Positions 29,355-39,487 of a stretch of 64,000 nt of DNA are shown here, piece after piece (the stretch's first letter is position 1; every line of letters starts with the position of its first letter). The stretch is from Dehalococcoidia bacterium (GTDB lineage: Bacteria; Chloroflexota; Dehalococcoidia; GIF9; AB-539-J10): positions 35,623-99,622 of the forward strand of contig JBATUN010000021.1 of assembly GCA_049671165.1 (NCBI GenBank), given 5' to 3'. A program made the translations under genes and the position numbers. The notes under the pieces are model-generated. The model had not been told where the DNA came from and did no database searches. It saw only the letters and a program-made list of their open reading frames with translations.

Positions 29355-30929
29355 TCACGGAGTGCTGGCTACAAACTTCTTTTTATCCTTTTTACAGATA
29401 ATTTGTATCGTATGCCGACCCGACATAACCGCCGTAGGCATTCCGCCGCCCGGATTGACCCACTGCCCGGCCATGTAGAAATTGTCAAGTCCCGGCAGAG
29501 TCTTGCTCATCTGCATCATGAGAGTCTTGGGGGTAATCATCCATCCTTCATAGCTGCCCTTCCAGTTACCGGTATAACGTACCCATGTCATCGGAGTAGC
29601 TACGTCACGCATCTCTACCTGGGCTGCCAGTCCCGGAAAGCGCTTATCGAGAAGGGCAACCACCGTATCTGCTATCTGCTCTTTCTCCGCTTTATATCGT
29701 TCGGGCTCTTTGTATAACCTCTCCCAGTAATCGTAATCCGTATTGAACTGGACCTTGACCACGGTCTTGCCCTCCGGCGCCAGGGTGGGGTCGAAATTGT
29801 AAATGAGTACGCCGAGTGTTTTCTGTGCTTTGCCGGCAATAGTTACGGGTTTCTCCAGAGGGAAAGTAAGACCGCCTACCGAGGGCGGCACATCATCGAA
29901 TTTACGAGCCACTCCCAGGCCGATATATACCAGCGGTGGAAACAATTGGAGATTGTCATAATAGCCGCGTATCTTGTCATCGATGTATTTACCATCCAGC
30001 ATATCGAAAATGGTGGTATGACCATCGGCGGCAGAGATAACGATGTCGCCCCGGTGTTCCGTACCATCCGCCAGCCTTGTGCCTACAGCTTTATCGTTTT
30101 CTACCAGTACTTTTTCTACCCTTGCCTTGAGATGCAGTTTGCCGCCAAGGTCAAGGTAGCGTCGCTGAATATAGCTGACAAGGGCCAGGGCGCCGCCGAT
30201 GACATAGCCGGCTGCCTGCTGGTGTTGCCAGGCAAGCATCATCGGCATGGTTATCGCGGGCATGTCGGCGAAGTCATCCTCGGGATCTACGTTGACAACT
30301 TTACGAAGTAAGGGGTTTTTAAAGCGCTGAGCGAAATCGGCCGTGCGAATTTCAGCCCACTTTCGTATGAACCTTAAATAAGGCAGCATTTTGACCGTCT
30401 TGATGCCATCGATTAGGCTATAAAGCTCCTGGGGCTTATCTACAGGCATGTCGGATCGAGCGAGATAGCGTATTGCTTTGGTGAACTCGCGGATGACCGC
30501 TTCATCCTCGGGGGCAAATTCCATCATCTGCTGTTCGAGGCGGTTGACATCGGAATACATGTTAAAAACCTTACCACTTTCATCTTCAATGATAGTGAAC
30601 TGGTCAAGATTGATAACTTTCCACTGCTGCGCCGCCCCAAGCTCTTCCCACAACTTGTAAAAGCTGGTTCCCGGTTTGGTGCCCACCAGCCAGTTCATTG
30701 CGCCATCAATGGTGTAGCCCTTGCGTTGCCAGCCGGTGCATACCCCGCCAGCCTTATCATGCATCTCAAAAACAGACGTACGGTAACCGTTCATCCGACC
30801 GTAGCACCCCGCCGCCAGACCGGTGAGTCCACCCCCGATGATGATTATTGACTTTTCCACATTTCTTCCTTTTCGGCTTAGATTATTAACAGGATAGTGC
30901 ATGCTATATTGATGTCTGCTAATTGTCAA
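29355..30929 (-). CDS. FAD/NAD(P)-binding oxidoreductase, phytoene-desaturase (CrtI) family
   Basis: IIIIGGGLTGLAAGCYG Rossmann motif near the N-terminus; ~524 aa. Confidence 0.8.
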   Translation of the reverse strand: MTISRHQYSMHYPVNNLSRKGRNVEKSIIIIGGGLTGLAAGCYGRMNGYRTSVFEMHDKAGGVCTGWQRKGYTIDGAMNWLVGTKPGTSFYKLWEELGAAQQWKVINLDQFTIIEDESGKVFNMYSDVNRLEQQMMEFAPEDEAVIREFTKAIRYLARSDMPVDKPQELYSLIDGIKTVKMLPYLRFIRKWAEIRTADFAQRFKNPLLRKVVNVDPEDDFADMPAITMPMMLAWQHQQAAGYVIGGALALVSYIQRRYLDLGGKLHLKARVEKVLVENDKAVGTRLADGTEHRGDIVISAADGHTTIFDMLDGKYIDDKIRGYYDNLQLFPPLVYIGLGVARKFDDVPPSVGGLTFPLEKPVTIAGKAQKTLGVLIYNFDPTLAPEGKTVVKVQFNTDYDYWERLYKEPERYKAEKEQIADTVVALLDKRFPGLAAQVEMRDVATPMTWVRYTGNWKGSYEGWMITPKTLMMQMSKTLPGLDNFYMAGQWVNPGGGMPTAVMSGRHTIQIICKKDKKKFVASTP

Positions 30930-31138
30930 GCATTATGGAAAGCATATATGTAGCAGAACGTATGATTACCGAGAAAACGAAAAAAGAGTATAAATAATCC
31001 CTCAGTAGTCCGGAGGTGCAATTAGTCCGTCACCACTGGACAAACATCGGGATATGGTTACGAATTTAGATACAATCAAGATTTCAATACAACACACCGG
31101 TGAGGTATAATTCAAGAAACAGATACGTTGAAGGGCAC

Positions 31139-31172
31139 ATGAAACCGTTAGTAGTTTATTATTCTTTGACAG
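31139..31172 (+). pseudogene. flavodoxin 5' fragment (MKPLVVYYSLT) fused to repeat R2
   Basis: 29/34 nt identical to the start of the flavodoxin gene at 31903. Confidence 0.45.
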
Positions 31173-31500
31173 AAAGCCTACCTCACATTATTGTTTTCTG
31201 TTTCTAATAGCATCAATTACTGAAAGAAGAACTCCGACACCTATGAAAGAGTAACCTATCAGACGATCATCACCGAAAATAATCCCCAGCACCACAAAGG
31301 ACAGGCCAACTATAGCGAGGTTTGAGGGTTTATGATATCGCTTTCCCCTGGCTATAAGCAAAAGCACCACAATAACAACCAGGGCAATGATTGAAATGGC
31401 TATCCACACGGGTTCCATGAATACCTCCTTTTAGAAGTACTGGCTACTTTCAAAAATTATAGCACTGAGGGCAAAGAGAAGATGGATTATTACCACGGAA
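31166..31500. repeat. ~335-bp direct repeat R2
   Basis: Pairs with 28874-29210. Confidence 0.7.
31188..31418 (-). CDS. small two-TM membrane protein (76 aa), paralog of 28899-29126
   Basis: ~85% aa identity to its paralog. Confidence 0.55.
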   Translation of the reverse strand: MEPVWIAISIIALVVIVVLLLIARGKRYHKPSNLAIVGLSFVVLGIIFGDDRLIGYSFIGVGVLLSVIDAIRNRKQ

Positions 31501-31869
31501 ATCCACCAATCGCTTGTTTTATCGTAAAGTTGGGGATCCCGGGTCGGCTAACCGGGACCCCCATAGAGAAAGGAGGGGAAGAGTGAACACAATAGCAGAG
31601 GAAGCCTTGCTATCGCGTCCGGCCTATGCCGGTGACTATATGCTACCATTACCATCATGAACCCTCCATGAACTCTCTATGAATTCCTCCTGAATTTTGT
31701 CCTACCCCTGCGGACTCGATACTGGTCAGCCTGCAAAAGGCTTTGGGCCTTGCCAGGCCGATATCGCCTCTCAGAGCCAATTCTTCACAAAAGTTGTTCT
31801 ATACTGTTGACCGATAAAGCCTTGAGCCATCCTGAAATTCAGTGAGTTGCTGCATTCGGGGTTGGTCGG

Positions 31870-32382
31870 ATGTATAATTCAGTTAGCCAAATTGGAGGGG
31901 GCATGAAATCGCTGGTAGTTTATTACTCTTTGACAGGTAAAACGAAGCTGGTATCTCAAGTAATCGCCGAAGCACTGAATGCAACGCTAGTGGAGATTGA
32001 GGAGAGAAGGCCCATACCCATACCCTTCGTCTATTTGAGTGGCGGCTTCGCAGCTATAACGAACAGGGGGACTAAGATAAATCCCATAGATGTCGATTTA
32101 AAGCAATATGAAAGGATATTCATCGGCTCTCCAATGTGGGGTCCGAGACCAGCACCGGCTGTTAACTCATTTATATACCAGACAGATTTCGAAGGTCGGA
32201 GCACTATTCCATTCTTTACCATGGGTGGCGACAATGCAAAGAAAGCGCTGGCGAACATGACGGCTAAGATAGAGAGACGCCAGGGCAAAGTAGTCGGCTC
32301 CTTTGCCATAACGTCGTACAAAGTGTCCGACGAGGAAATCATAGCGCGAGCTAAAGAGGCTATAAAGGAGTATTCAAGCTAA
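31870..32382 (+). CDS. flavodoxin-family protein
   Basis: VVYYSLTGKTK flavodoxin signature; possible start at Met 31903 (MKSLVVYY). Confidence 0.75.
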   Translation: MYNSVSQIGGGMKSLVVYYSLTGKTKLVSQVIAEALNATLVEIEERRPIPIPFVYLSGGFAAITNRGTKINPIDVDLKQYERIFIGSPMWGPRPAPAVNSFIYQTDFEGRSTIPFFTMGGDNAKKALANMTAKIERRQGKVVGSFAITSYKVSDEEIIARAKEAIKEYSS

Positions 32383-32416
32383 GCACGATTCATCGAACGA
32401 TGCCACTAGCCCATAG

Positions 32417-32809
32417 ATGCGGACAGCAGTAAAGAGAAGGCTTCTGATCGGAGCAGGGACCTTATGCACAGGACTGGGGATTATCGGTATTTTTGTTCCA
32501 ATTCTGCCGACAACTCCATTCCTGTTACTCGCCGCTGCCTGCTATATGCGGAGCTCTGAACGCTTTTATCAATGGCTCATAAATAACAGGATATTCGGGG
32601 CCTATGTCAGGAACTACATTGAAGGCAGAGGAATGCCTGTAAGAATAAAGATATTTACCATCCTTCTACTCTGGCTAACTATCGGACTCACTATAGCTTT
32701 TGGAGTACAGAACACAATTATCAGGATAGTGCTGGTTTGTATTGCCATTGGGGTTACAGTGCATATTGTTCTAATCAGAAAAAGGAAAGCTAAAGTTATT
32801 CAGAGGTAA
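32417..32809 (+). CDS. DUF454 (YbaN-like) inner-membrane protein
   Basis: LLLAAACYMRSSERFYQWL motif. Confidence 0.7.
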   Translation: MRTAVKRRLLIGAGTLCTGLGIIGIFVPILPTTPFLLLAAACYMRSSERFYQWLINNRIFGAYVRNYIEGRGMPVRIKIFTILLLWLTIGLTIAFGVQNTIIRIVLVCIAIGVTVHIVLIRKRKAKVIQR

Positions 32810-32924
32810 GACTAGGCGGCACTGGCGGGATTTGCATCGGCGTACAAACAGTAAGCTATAATGGCCAGGAATATGCCGTGCGAGATTTCCGGGCTGAACA
32901 AATTATCAAGGAGTCGCGTAATCT

Positions 32925-34337
32925 GTGCTGGCTAAACTGACATTTCTGGGGGCGGCGCGGAATGTCACAGGCTCCTGCTATCTCTTAGAGAGCCGGGATA
33001 GCCGTGTGCTTATAGACTGCGGCATGTATCAGGAGCGGAAATACCAGGAGAGAAACTGGCAGCCATTTCCATTTGACCCTCAGTCCCTTGATGCTGTTTT
33101 CTTGACTCATGCCCATCTTGACCACTGTGGACTTTTACCTAAGCTGGTGCGGGATGGTTACAAGGGCAAGATATACTGCACCCAGGCGACGGCTGATATA
33201 GCCCAGATTATCCTTCTTGACGCCGCAAAGCTGCAGGAAGAAGACGCTATATATAAGGCAAAACGCCATAAAAGGGAAGGACGCCGTGGTCCTTACCCTG
33301 AAATACCTCTTTACGCTGTAGAAGACGCCGAAGCAGTTCAGCCGCATTTTTCCGCCGTAGAATTTCTGAGCTGTGTCACAGTTAATAGCAATGTCGAAGG
33401 CTGTTATTATGAAGCAGGCCATGTGCTTGGGGCGGCAGTCATAAATATGAATATCCGACAAGACGGCAAGAACCACAGAGTGATTTTTTCGGGTGATATC
33501 GGCGAGCCTGACCGCCCGATAATAAATGACCCAACCCTTTTCGATGAGGCCGAATATATAGTCATGGAGGCAACCTATGGCGACCGTACTCACGAAGAAC
33601 ACGAGAACACCGATATTCAAAGGCAATTACGCGATTGTATCAACAGGACGGTAAGCGCCGGAGGCAACATCATTATTCCCAGTTTCGCTCTGGAGCGGAG
33701 CCAGGAGTTACTGTATCACCTGAACGAGTTATTTTTACGCAAAGAAATTCCAGCCATAACTGTCTTTCTGGATAGCCCTATGGCTATACGAATTACCGAA
33801 GTATTTAAACGTCACGCTGAACTCTTCGACGAAGAGATGATGCAACGTCTGCGCCAGGGTAATTCCTTTTTCAGTTTTGAAAACCTCAGAATGGTACAGA
33901 GTGTGGAAGAGTCTAAATCCATTAACAACATAAAGGAAAGCAGTATCATCATAGCCGGCAGCGGTATGGTAACCGGCGGCCGTGTAAAGCACCATATTGT
34001 CAATAACATCGGAAGGGCAGAAAGCACAATATTATTTGTGGGCTATCAAGCGGAGGGAACGCCGGGCAGAATATTGCTGGATGGCGCCCAGGAAGTCCGT
34101 CTTTTAGGGCAAACGCATCGGGTGAAAGCAAACATTGAAAAAATCGATGGTTTCTCTGCGCATGCCGACCGCGACGGACTACTAGAGTGGCTATCCGATA
34201 TTCGTATCCCGCCGCGCTGTGTATTCATAACTCACGGGGAAGAAAAAGCAGCCACCAGCTTTGCCAAGCTCTTGAACGAGAAGACCGGCTGGACCGCAAA
34301 AGTCCCCGAATACAAGGATACTGTGGAGCTACTCTAA
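32925..34337 (+). CDS. MBL-fold beta-CASP RNA-metabolising hydrolase (CPSF/RNase J-like)
   Basis: HAHLDHCG motif; beta-CASP and RMMBL-like C-terminus. Confidence 0.85.
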   Translation: MLAKLTFLGAARNVTGSCYLLESRDSRVLIDCGMYQERKYQERNWQPFPFDPQSLDAVFLTHAHLDHCGLLPKLVRDGYKGKIYCTQATADIAQIILLDAAKLQEEDAIYKAKRHKREGRRGPYPEIPLYAVEDAEAVQPHFSAVEFLSCVTVNSNVEGCYYEAGHVLGAAVINMNIRQDGKNHRVIFSGDIGEPDRPIINDPTLFDEAEYIVMEATYGDRTHEEHENTDIQRQLRDCINRTVSAGGNIIIPSFALERSQELLYHLNELFLRKEIPAITVFLDSPMAIRITEVFKRHAELFDEEMMQRLRQGNSFFSFENLRMVQSVEESKSINNIKESSIIIAGSGMVTGGRVKHHIVNNIGRAESTILFVGYQAEGTPGRILLDGAQEVRLLGQTHRVKANIEKIDGFSAHADRDGLLEWLSDIRIPPRCVFITHGEEKAATSFAKLLNEKTGWTAKVPEYKDTVELL

Positions 34338-34559
34338 ATCGCTAGAGGGCGTTTGGTTGTGAAAAAGCGAAAGTGGGGCTCTGGACTTGGACCAACGCCC
34401 AAGGCCCTCACAGGATACGCAACATGCCCCTGGGCGTTCCTGCTCAAGGGCATATTCTTTTGTTTTACATGCAGGTATAATGCGTGAAAGCTATGTGGCG
34501 TCGAAGGCTGTATGTATGACGAATTGAATGGCAATTAATCTAAAGCATAGGAGGAGTCT

Positions 34560-35351
34560 ATGGTAGATTACATGATCAACTATTTCCTCTCGTTCTTTCA
34601 AAATCCCAGCGCCTGGGGCATTGGGCTAGCCATAGGGTTCGGTGTGGTCTGGCTGGCCTGTTACCGGGCACCACTCTTCAGAAAACCCTGGCTCTGGGCG
34701 GTCCTCGCAAGCAGTGCCTTTTTTACCCTGGCTGCTGTTTGCTTTATTCAAATTCCGCTCCAAACCTGGGCGGGACAGGCACTGGGCCATTTCTGGAGCC
34801 TGGAGGTCCTCATACGCTGGATTCTTGTGGCGGCGATACCGCAAATATTCCTCAGCGGACTGGTGCAGGAAGGGGCAAAGCTGGTGCCCGTAGTCGTGTA
34901 CTGGGGGCGTAGCGGCAAAAGTCTTGATCCCAAGCTGGGACTGGCCATCGGCGCTGTGGCCGGAGCTGGATTTGGCATCTTCGAAGCGCAGTGGGCGCAC
35001 AATCTCATCTTCGCATCGGGGTGGACCTGGGCATCAGTGCAGGCTGGCGGATTCTGGGCACTGGCTGCATTTTGGGAGAGATTCTTCGCCGTAGCCGCTC
35101 ATATCGCTTTTTCCGGCCTGGCCGGGTATGGTCTGGCGAGGGGCTGGGGATGGCGGTTCTACCTCATAGCAGCAGCGCTGCACGCCTTACTGAACTATAG
35201 CATAGTTTTGGCGCAGGCAGGACTCCTTACCCCCACCGTCCAGGTGGAAATCTATGTTGCCGTGGTAGCCGTGGCAGTAACTGCCTGGGCCCTGTGGCTC
35301 CGCTGGAGAAAAAGGACAACTACGGCTGAGCCTGAGATATCAGCCATGTGA
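34560..35351 (+). CDS. PrsW/YhfC-like putative intramembrane metalloprotease
   Basis: QEGAK, FGIFE and HALLN motifs resemble the EExxK / FxxxE / HxxxN pattern; multi-TM. Confidence 0.5.
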   Translation: MVDYMINYFLSFFQNPSAWGIGLAIGFGVVWLACYRAPLFRKPWLWAVLASSAFFTLAAVCFIQIPLQTWAGQALGHFWSLEVLIRWILVAAIPQIFLSGLVQEGAKLVPVVVYWGRSGKSLDPKLGLAIGAVAGAGFGIFEAQWAHNLIFASGWTWASVQAGGFWALAAFWERFFAVAAHIAFSGLAGYGLARGWGWRFYLIAAALHALLNYSIVLAQAGLLTPTVQVEIYVAVVAVAVTAWALWLRWRKRTTTAEPEISAM

Positions 35352-35355
35352 AGTT

Positions 35356-35895
35356 ATGGCCCCGAAAAAAAGCATTTTGCGCTGGGAGTTAGGGGGGATT
35401 GCCTTCATAGTTGTTTTGGGGTCGTTGCTGCACTTTGCCTTCGAGTGGTCCGGTCGCGCGATTCCCATCGCCCCGATTGCCGCCGTGAATGAGAGTGTGT
35501 GGGAACATCTCAAGCTGGGTTTCTGGCCAGCATTGGTATATGCGGTTCTGGAATATAGCCGCTTTGGGAAGTCGGCGAACAATTTTTTCTTTGCCAAGAC
35601 TCTCGGAATTTATCTAATACCAATCACTATTGTGGTCCTTTTCTATTCGTACACAGCTATCCTGGGGCACGATCTCCTGATAGTTGACATTGCGAGTTTC
35701 GTTGTAGCTGTCATAGTCGGGCAGCTGGTGAGCTATAAATTGCTACTTGCCTCTCCATTACCGGAAAGGCTTAACCGTTTCGCCCCGATTGCTTTGGCGG
35801 TACTGGGCATTCTCTTTGTGCTGTTTACTTTCTATACACCACAATTGTCACTCTTCAGAGACCCCGTCACCGGTGGCTATGGCATTGTCGGATAG
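35356..35895 (+). CDS. hypothetical polytopic membrane protein
   Basis: 179 aa, hydrophobic throughout. Confidence 0.45.
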   Translation: MAPKKSILRWELGGIAFIVVLGSLLHFAFEWSGRAIPIAPIAAVNESVWEHLKLGFWPALVYAVLEYSRFGKSANNFFFAKTLGIYLIPITIVVLFYSYTAILGHDLLIVDIASFVVAVIVGQLVSYKLLLASPLPERLNRFAPIALAVLGILFVLFTFYTPQLSLFRDPVTGGYGIVG

Positions 35896-35998
35896 TGCTG
35901 AGAAAAAATAGGTCTTGCTATCCCGTGGACTTGGCATTAAGATATTGCGGAGAAAATCATCAAATAAAGAAGAGATTGTCTTATAAAAGGAGAAGAAC

Positions 35999-36166
35999 AT
36001 GGCAGAGGAAGAAAGACGCTGGTACCGCCGCCGCTCCGTGACTTTGGCAGGCCCTATCTGGTTCATCGGCTTGCTATTTACAATTGGTTTCGCCAACCTG
36101 GTCTGGTGGCAGATTTTGCTGGCCATCGTAATCTGGCCGTACTTTCTAGGCCAAGCACTGGGCTAA
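35999..36166 (+). CDS. small membrane protein (55 aa), absent from the ORF track
   Basis: AAGGAG ribosome-binding site 6 nt before the ATG; MAEEERRWYRRRSVTLAGPIWFIGLLFTIGFANLVWWQILLAIVIWPYFLGQALG. Confidence 0.4.
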   Translation: MAEEERRWYRRRSVTLAGPIWFIGLLFTIGFANLVWWQILLAIVIWPYFLGQALG

Positions 36167-36305
36167 CCGGGCAAGGAGCGTTCTCTAATTCCAGCTATCA
36201 GAAGAAAAGCAGTGGTGGTGGCTGGATATGACCGATTGTGCATTCGTGGATTCGGAAACCATCAGGTTATCTCCCCGTTCTCTGTCTAGTATTACTGAAT
36301 TACTA

Positions 36306-38084
36306 TTATCCTTTACTCAAGTAATACGCATACATTTCATATACCGGTCTTATTGGGTTGTAAACAAAACCCTGTATCCAGTCTCGAAAGAAATAGACAC
36401 CCAATATTTGAGACATCATGATGCTGGGGACTTCGTTATAATATAATTCTGCTATCTGATCATAAAGTATTTGCCTTTCTGAATGGCTACTTGAGGAGAT
36501 TGCCTGTTCAATAAGATCATCTACTACTTCATTACTATATCGCTGCGCTTGTGCGAATACACCTTTACTATGCATATAAGGAAAGACGAAATTGTGGGGA
36601 TCAGGATAGTCAGCAGTCCAACCATTTACATACATAGGTAAACGTCCTAACACCATCTCACTGAGTATGGTTGGCCACCCCATTAGCTGAATATTTATCT
36701 TAAATAGTGGATTGATCTCAAATAGATTATTTTGCAGTATTTCACAGGCAATCTTTCCCGTGATGTCTCCTGATGCATATACAAGTGTCATTTCAAAACC
36801 ATTCTCCCATAGTAATCCGTCCCAAGCCGCTTTCAAGTGCTCCTCTGCTTGCACCAGATCCAGTTCATAACTTGGCCAGTCGGGCTCATAGTAAGGTATA
36901 CCTTTGACTATCGGTGAAGATATTTGCTCCCCATAACCTGTCAGTGCATCATCAATATAAGTATCCCAATCGAAAGCATAGGCAAAACCCTTGCGTACAT
37001 CAATATCGCTGAAAAAATTCATGGGTATACCATTGCCATCTAACTGGCCACTGCCGATCAATGTGCTGGTAAGATCAATATCAAATTGGAAGAAGAACGC
37101 TTGATTGAGCAACGTAGGTACATTTTCATAAACTAGGATTCCTGGCATTTCTTTTGCTTCTTGGATTCCGGCATTTGGAACAAAAGCACAATCAACGTCA
37201 CCCAATCCTAGCATCAATTTTCTGGTGCCCCATTCGTCAACTATTTGGGTGACAACTCTCTCAAAACTGGCTGGTGCACCCCAATAGTCATCATTTCTTA
37301 CTAACCTTACTGCAATTCCTGGTTCCCAAAGCTCTAACATGAATGGGCCAGTGCCATCAGCTATCGAATGGATCGGAGAGCCACCAGGACCAGGGTTATT
37401 CAAAGCTTCATATGATTCCTCAGTTCCATTCCAATCGCCATTCTGTATACACCAATCCATATCAACTATAGAACCCCAGGAAGAGGCAAGAATCTGTAAG
37501 AACGGTTCATATGGGGTAGCCAGATTGAATTGTACCCATTGGCCGTCGACTTCTACTTTGCTCTTGATCTCCTCAAGCGGGATCAGACCATTGTCGGTTC
37601 GAGAGGTGTAATTCCCCAAACCAAAAAGGGGTTCAAAAAACATCCATTGTGGTCCAAGGACGTAATCTTGAACCATCCCCCTTTCAAATGAATATTCCAC
37701 ATCTTCGGGGGTTAATGGATTTCCACTATGAAAACTTACTCCATCGCGAATCTTAAATCTATAGGTCTTTCCATCTTCAGAAATCGTCCAGTCTGTCGCC
37801 AGCGATGGAATAAACTCGCTTGTACTATTGCCATGAAATTCAACTAGTGTTTCATAAATGTTTTGTATTTGACCAGCACTTGCAGTATCATAGCCATAGG
37901 CGGGATCTAAACTGGCAATATCGAAAGCGTCCGCTATGACAAAGATATCGGGATTCTTGATTTCTGAAGGCCCGCCATTGCAGGAAAAAGATCGTGATAC
38001 TAATACAGAGATACATATGACAACTATTATGCTAACTGTAATTATAGTAGCTACTCTTTTCGTCACCGTTTTCTTGCTCCTCAA
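36306..38084 (-). CDS. ABC-transporter substrate-binding lipoprotein, family 5 (peptide/nickel); no adjacent permeases
   Basis: Lipobox (..FSC), SBP_bac_5-like sequence. Confidence 0.8.
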   Translation of the reverse strand: MRSKKTVTKRVATIITVSIIVVICISVLVSRSFSCNGGPSEIKNPDIFVIADAFDIASLDPAYGYDTASAGQIQNIYETLVEFHGNSTSEFIPSLATDWTISEDGKTYRFKIRDGVSFHSGNPLTPEDVEYSFERGMVQDYVLGPQWMFFEPLFGLGNYTSRTDNGLIPLEEIKSKVEVDGQWVQFNLATPYEPFLQILASSWGSIVDMDWCIQNGDWNGTEESYEALNNPGPGGSPIHSIADGTGPFMLELWEPGIAVRLVRNDDYWGAPASFERVVTQIVDEWGTRKLMLGLGDVDCAFVPNAGIQEAKEMPGILVYENVPTLLNQAFFFQFDIDLTSTLIGSGQLDGNGIPMNFFSDIDVRKGFAYAFDWDTYIDDALTGYGEQISSPIVKGIPYYEPDWPSYELDLVQAEEHLKAAWDGLLWENGFEMTLVYASGDITGKIACEILQNNLFEINPLFKINIQLMGWPTILSEMVLGRLPMYVNGWTADYPDPHNFVFPYMHSKGVFAQAQRYSNEVVDDLIEQAISSSSHSERQILYDQIAELYYNEVPSIMMSQILGVYFFRDWIQGFVYNPIRPVYEMYAYYLSKG

Positions 38085-38307
38085 TATTCAAGTTCAGGCA
38101 ACCAGCATTATGATCGACACCAGTTTATAGCAAATACTGATGGTTTTGTAAATCTATTTAGAATGTCTAAATCTTCTGGTGATACAAAAAAGGGCATTAG
38201 AAAACAGGGAGTGATGTTTATCCTATTAATATTAATCACCAGATAAAATAGGTGACTTAGCTTTGTGCTGTTCACTTTGCCAGTATCCCCATGAGTGAAA
38301 CAATAAG

Positions 38308-38332
38308 TGGCAGCGGCTGGACTTGAACCAGT
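38308..38332 (-). repeat. tRNA-Met 3'-end remnant a (att-like)
   Basis: tggcagcggctggacttgaacca versus tRNA tggcagcgggtggatttgaacca. Confidence 0.6.
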
Positions 38333-38381
38333 ATCTAAACTGCAAGTGATATAATTATACTCATAGTTATGTTGACTGGAA

Positions 38382-38810
38382 TTGGCAATGCCGCGTAGGA
38401 GAAAACGAGTATCGTTCCGCACCTCAGAGGTATCACATGTGGTCGGCGCTACCCATAACCAGCTTGTGTATTGGGACAAGACGGGCCTGGTGAGCCCGGG
38501 TCTGAGAGCAGCATCCGGTAGAGGTTCACGCCGTCTCTATTCTGTGGAAGACATTTTCGAATTGAAGATACTGATGAAGTTGCTGGATAGCTCGCTGTCT
38601 CTGCAGCGCATACGGTCGAGTTTCCGCTTTATACGAGGTCAATCTAAGGCTTTATCGTCGTTCGTAGTGCTCACGGATGGGAAGACAGTCTATTTCTACG
38701 AGGATTATGATGTTCTTGTGGACACGCTGAAGGAAGGTCAGACAGTGTTGCGCATCGCAGTTCAAGACCTGATTGCAGAAGTGCAAGCCAAGTTGACCGG
38801 TGGGCAGTGA
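38382..38810 (+). CDS. MerR-family helix-turn-helix transcriptional regulator (possibly excisionase-like)
   Basis: MerR-type helix-turn-helix VVGATHNQLVYWDKTGLVSP. Confidence 0.7.
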   Translation: MAMPRRRKRVSFRTSEVSHVVGATHNQLVYWDKTGLVSPGLRAASGRGSRRLYSVEDIFELKILMKLLDSSLSLQRIRSSFRFIRGQSKALSSFVVLTDGKTVYFYEDYDVLVDTLKEGQTVLRIAVQDLIAEVQAKLTGGQ

Positions 38811-38847
38811 ACATGGAAGGTGCTCAGCCTGTGCCAGCTGCAGAATA

Positions 38848-38873
38848 TGGCAGCGGCTGCATTTGAACCAAAC
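38848..38873 (-). repeat. tRNA-Met 3'-end remnant b
   Basis: tggcagcggctgcatttgaaccaaac. Confidence 0.6.
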
Positions 38874-38891
38874 AAAAGGAGCTTTTGAGAT

Positions 38892-39380
38892 ATGACAAAT
38901 TATGCCGAAACGCAGTGCTGTCCCAAGTTTGATCCGGAACCATGGCATGACAAAGAAATAAGGTGGGAAGACAAGCTCTTTATCAGGGACACTATGATGC
39001 AATTCATGCATATGCCGCTACCCGGAACATTCGGTAAAACAGTCGGAAGGATGTGGAAGAAGATTGAAGACGCGGGAGCAAATCCAGATATCAAGGACTT
39101 TATCATGCTTGCCACCGAATCATCACCCTGGAAAGGTGAAGTATATATAAATGTGACAAAAGAAATCCCGAACGCCGAAAACGTCAAACTATCAGGAACA
39201 TATATCACCAAAGTTTTCGATGGTCCGTATAATGACGTACCAAAATGGATTAAAGACATGGATCAATATGTAAACCGGAAGGGCAAGACAGTCAAGAAGT
39301 ATTATTTCTACTATACGACCTGCCCCAGGTGCGCCAAGATCTACGGCCATAATTATGTGGTAGCATTTGCAGAGGTGTAG
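38892..39380 (+). CDS. hypothetical protein
   Basis: 162 aa, Cys-containing; no motif assigned. Confidence 0.45.
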   Translation: MTNYAETQCCPKFDPEPWHDKEIRWEDKLFIRDTMMQFMHMPLPGTFGKTVGRMWKKIEDAGANPDIKDFIMLATESSPWKGEVYINVTKEIPNAENVKLSGTYITKVFDGPYNDVPKWIKDMDQYVNRKGKTVKKYYFYYTTCPRCAKIYGHNYVVAFAEV

Positions 39381-39487
39381 GATACCATCTTCTTGAATAT
39401 GGGAAATGTTGAAGTGAACGGTGGTATTGACAACAAAAGCGTGGATGGCTATTCTGAACCTACCACGCTGATATAAAGAAGGTTGGT

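Noticed and set aside
38108-38479. 123-aa minus-strand ORF
   Set aside because: It spans tRNA remnant a and the MerR start and has a Cys/Asn-rich odd composition, so it is spurious.
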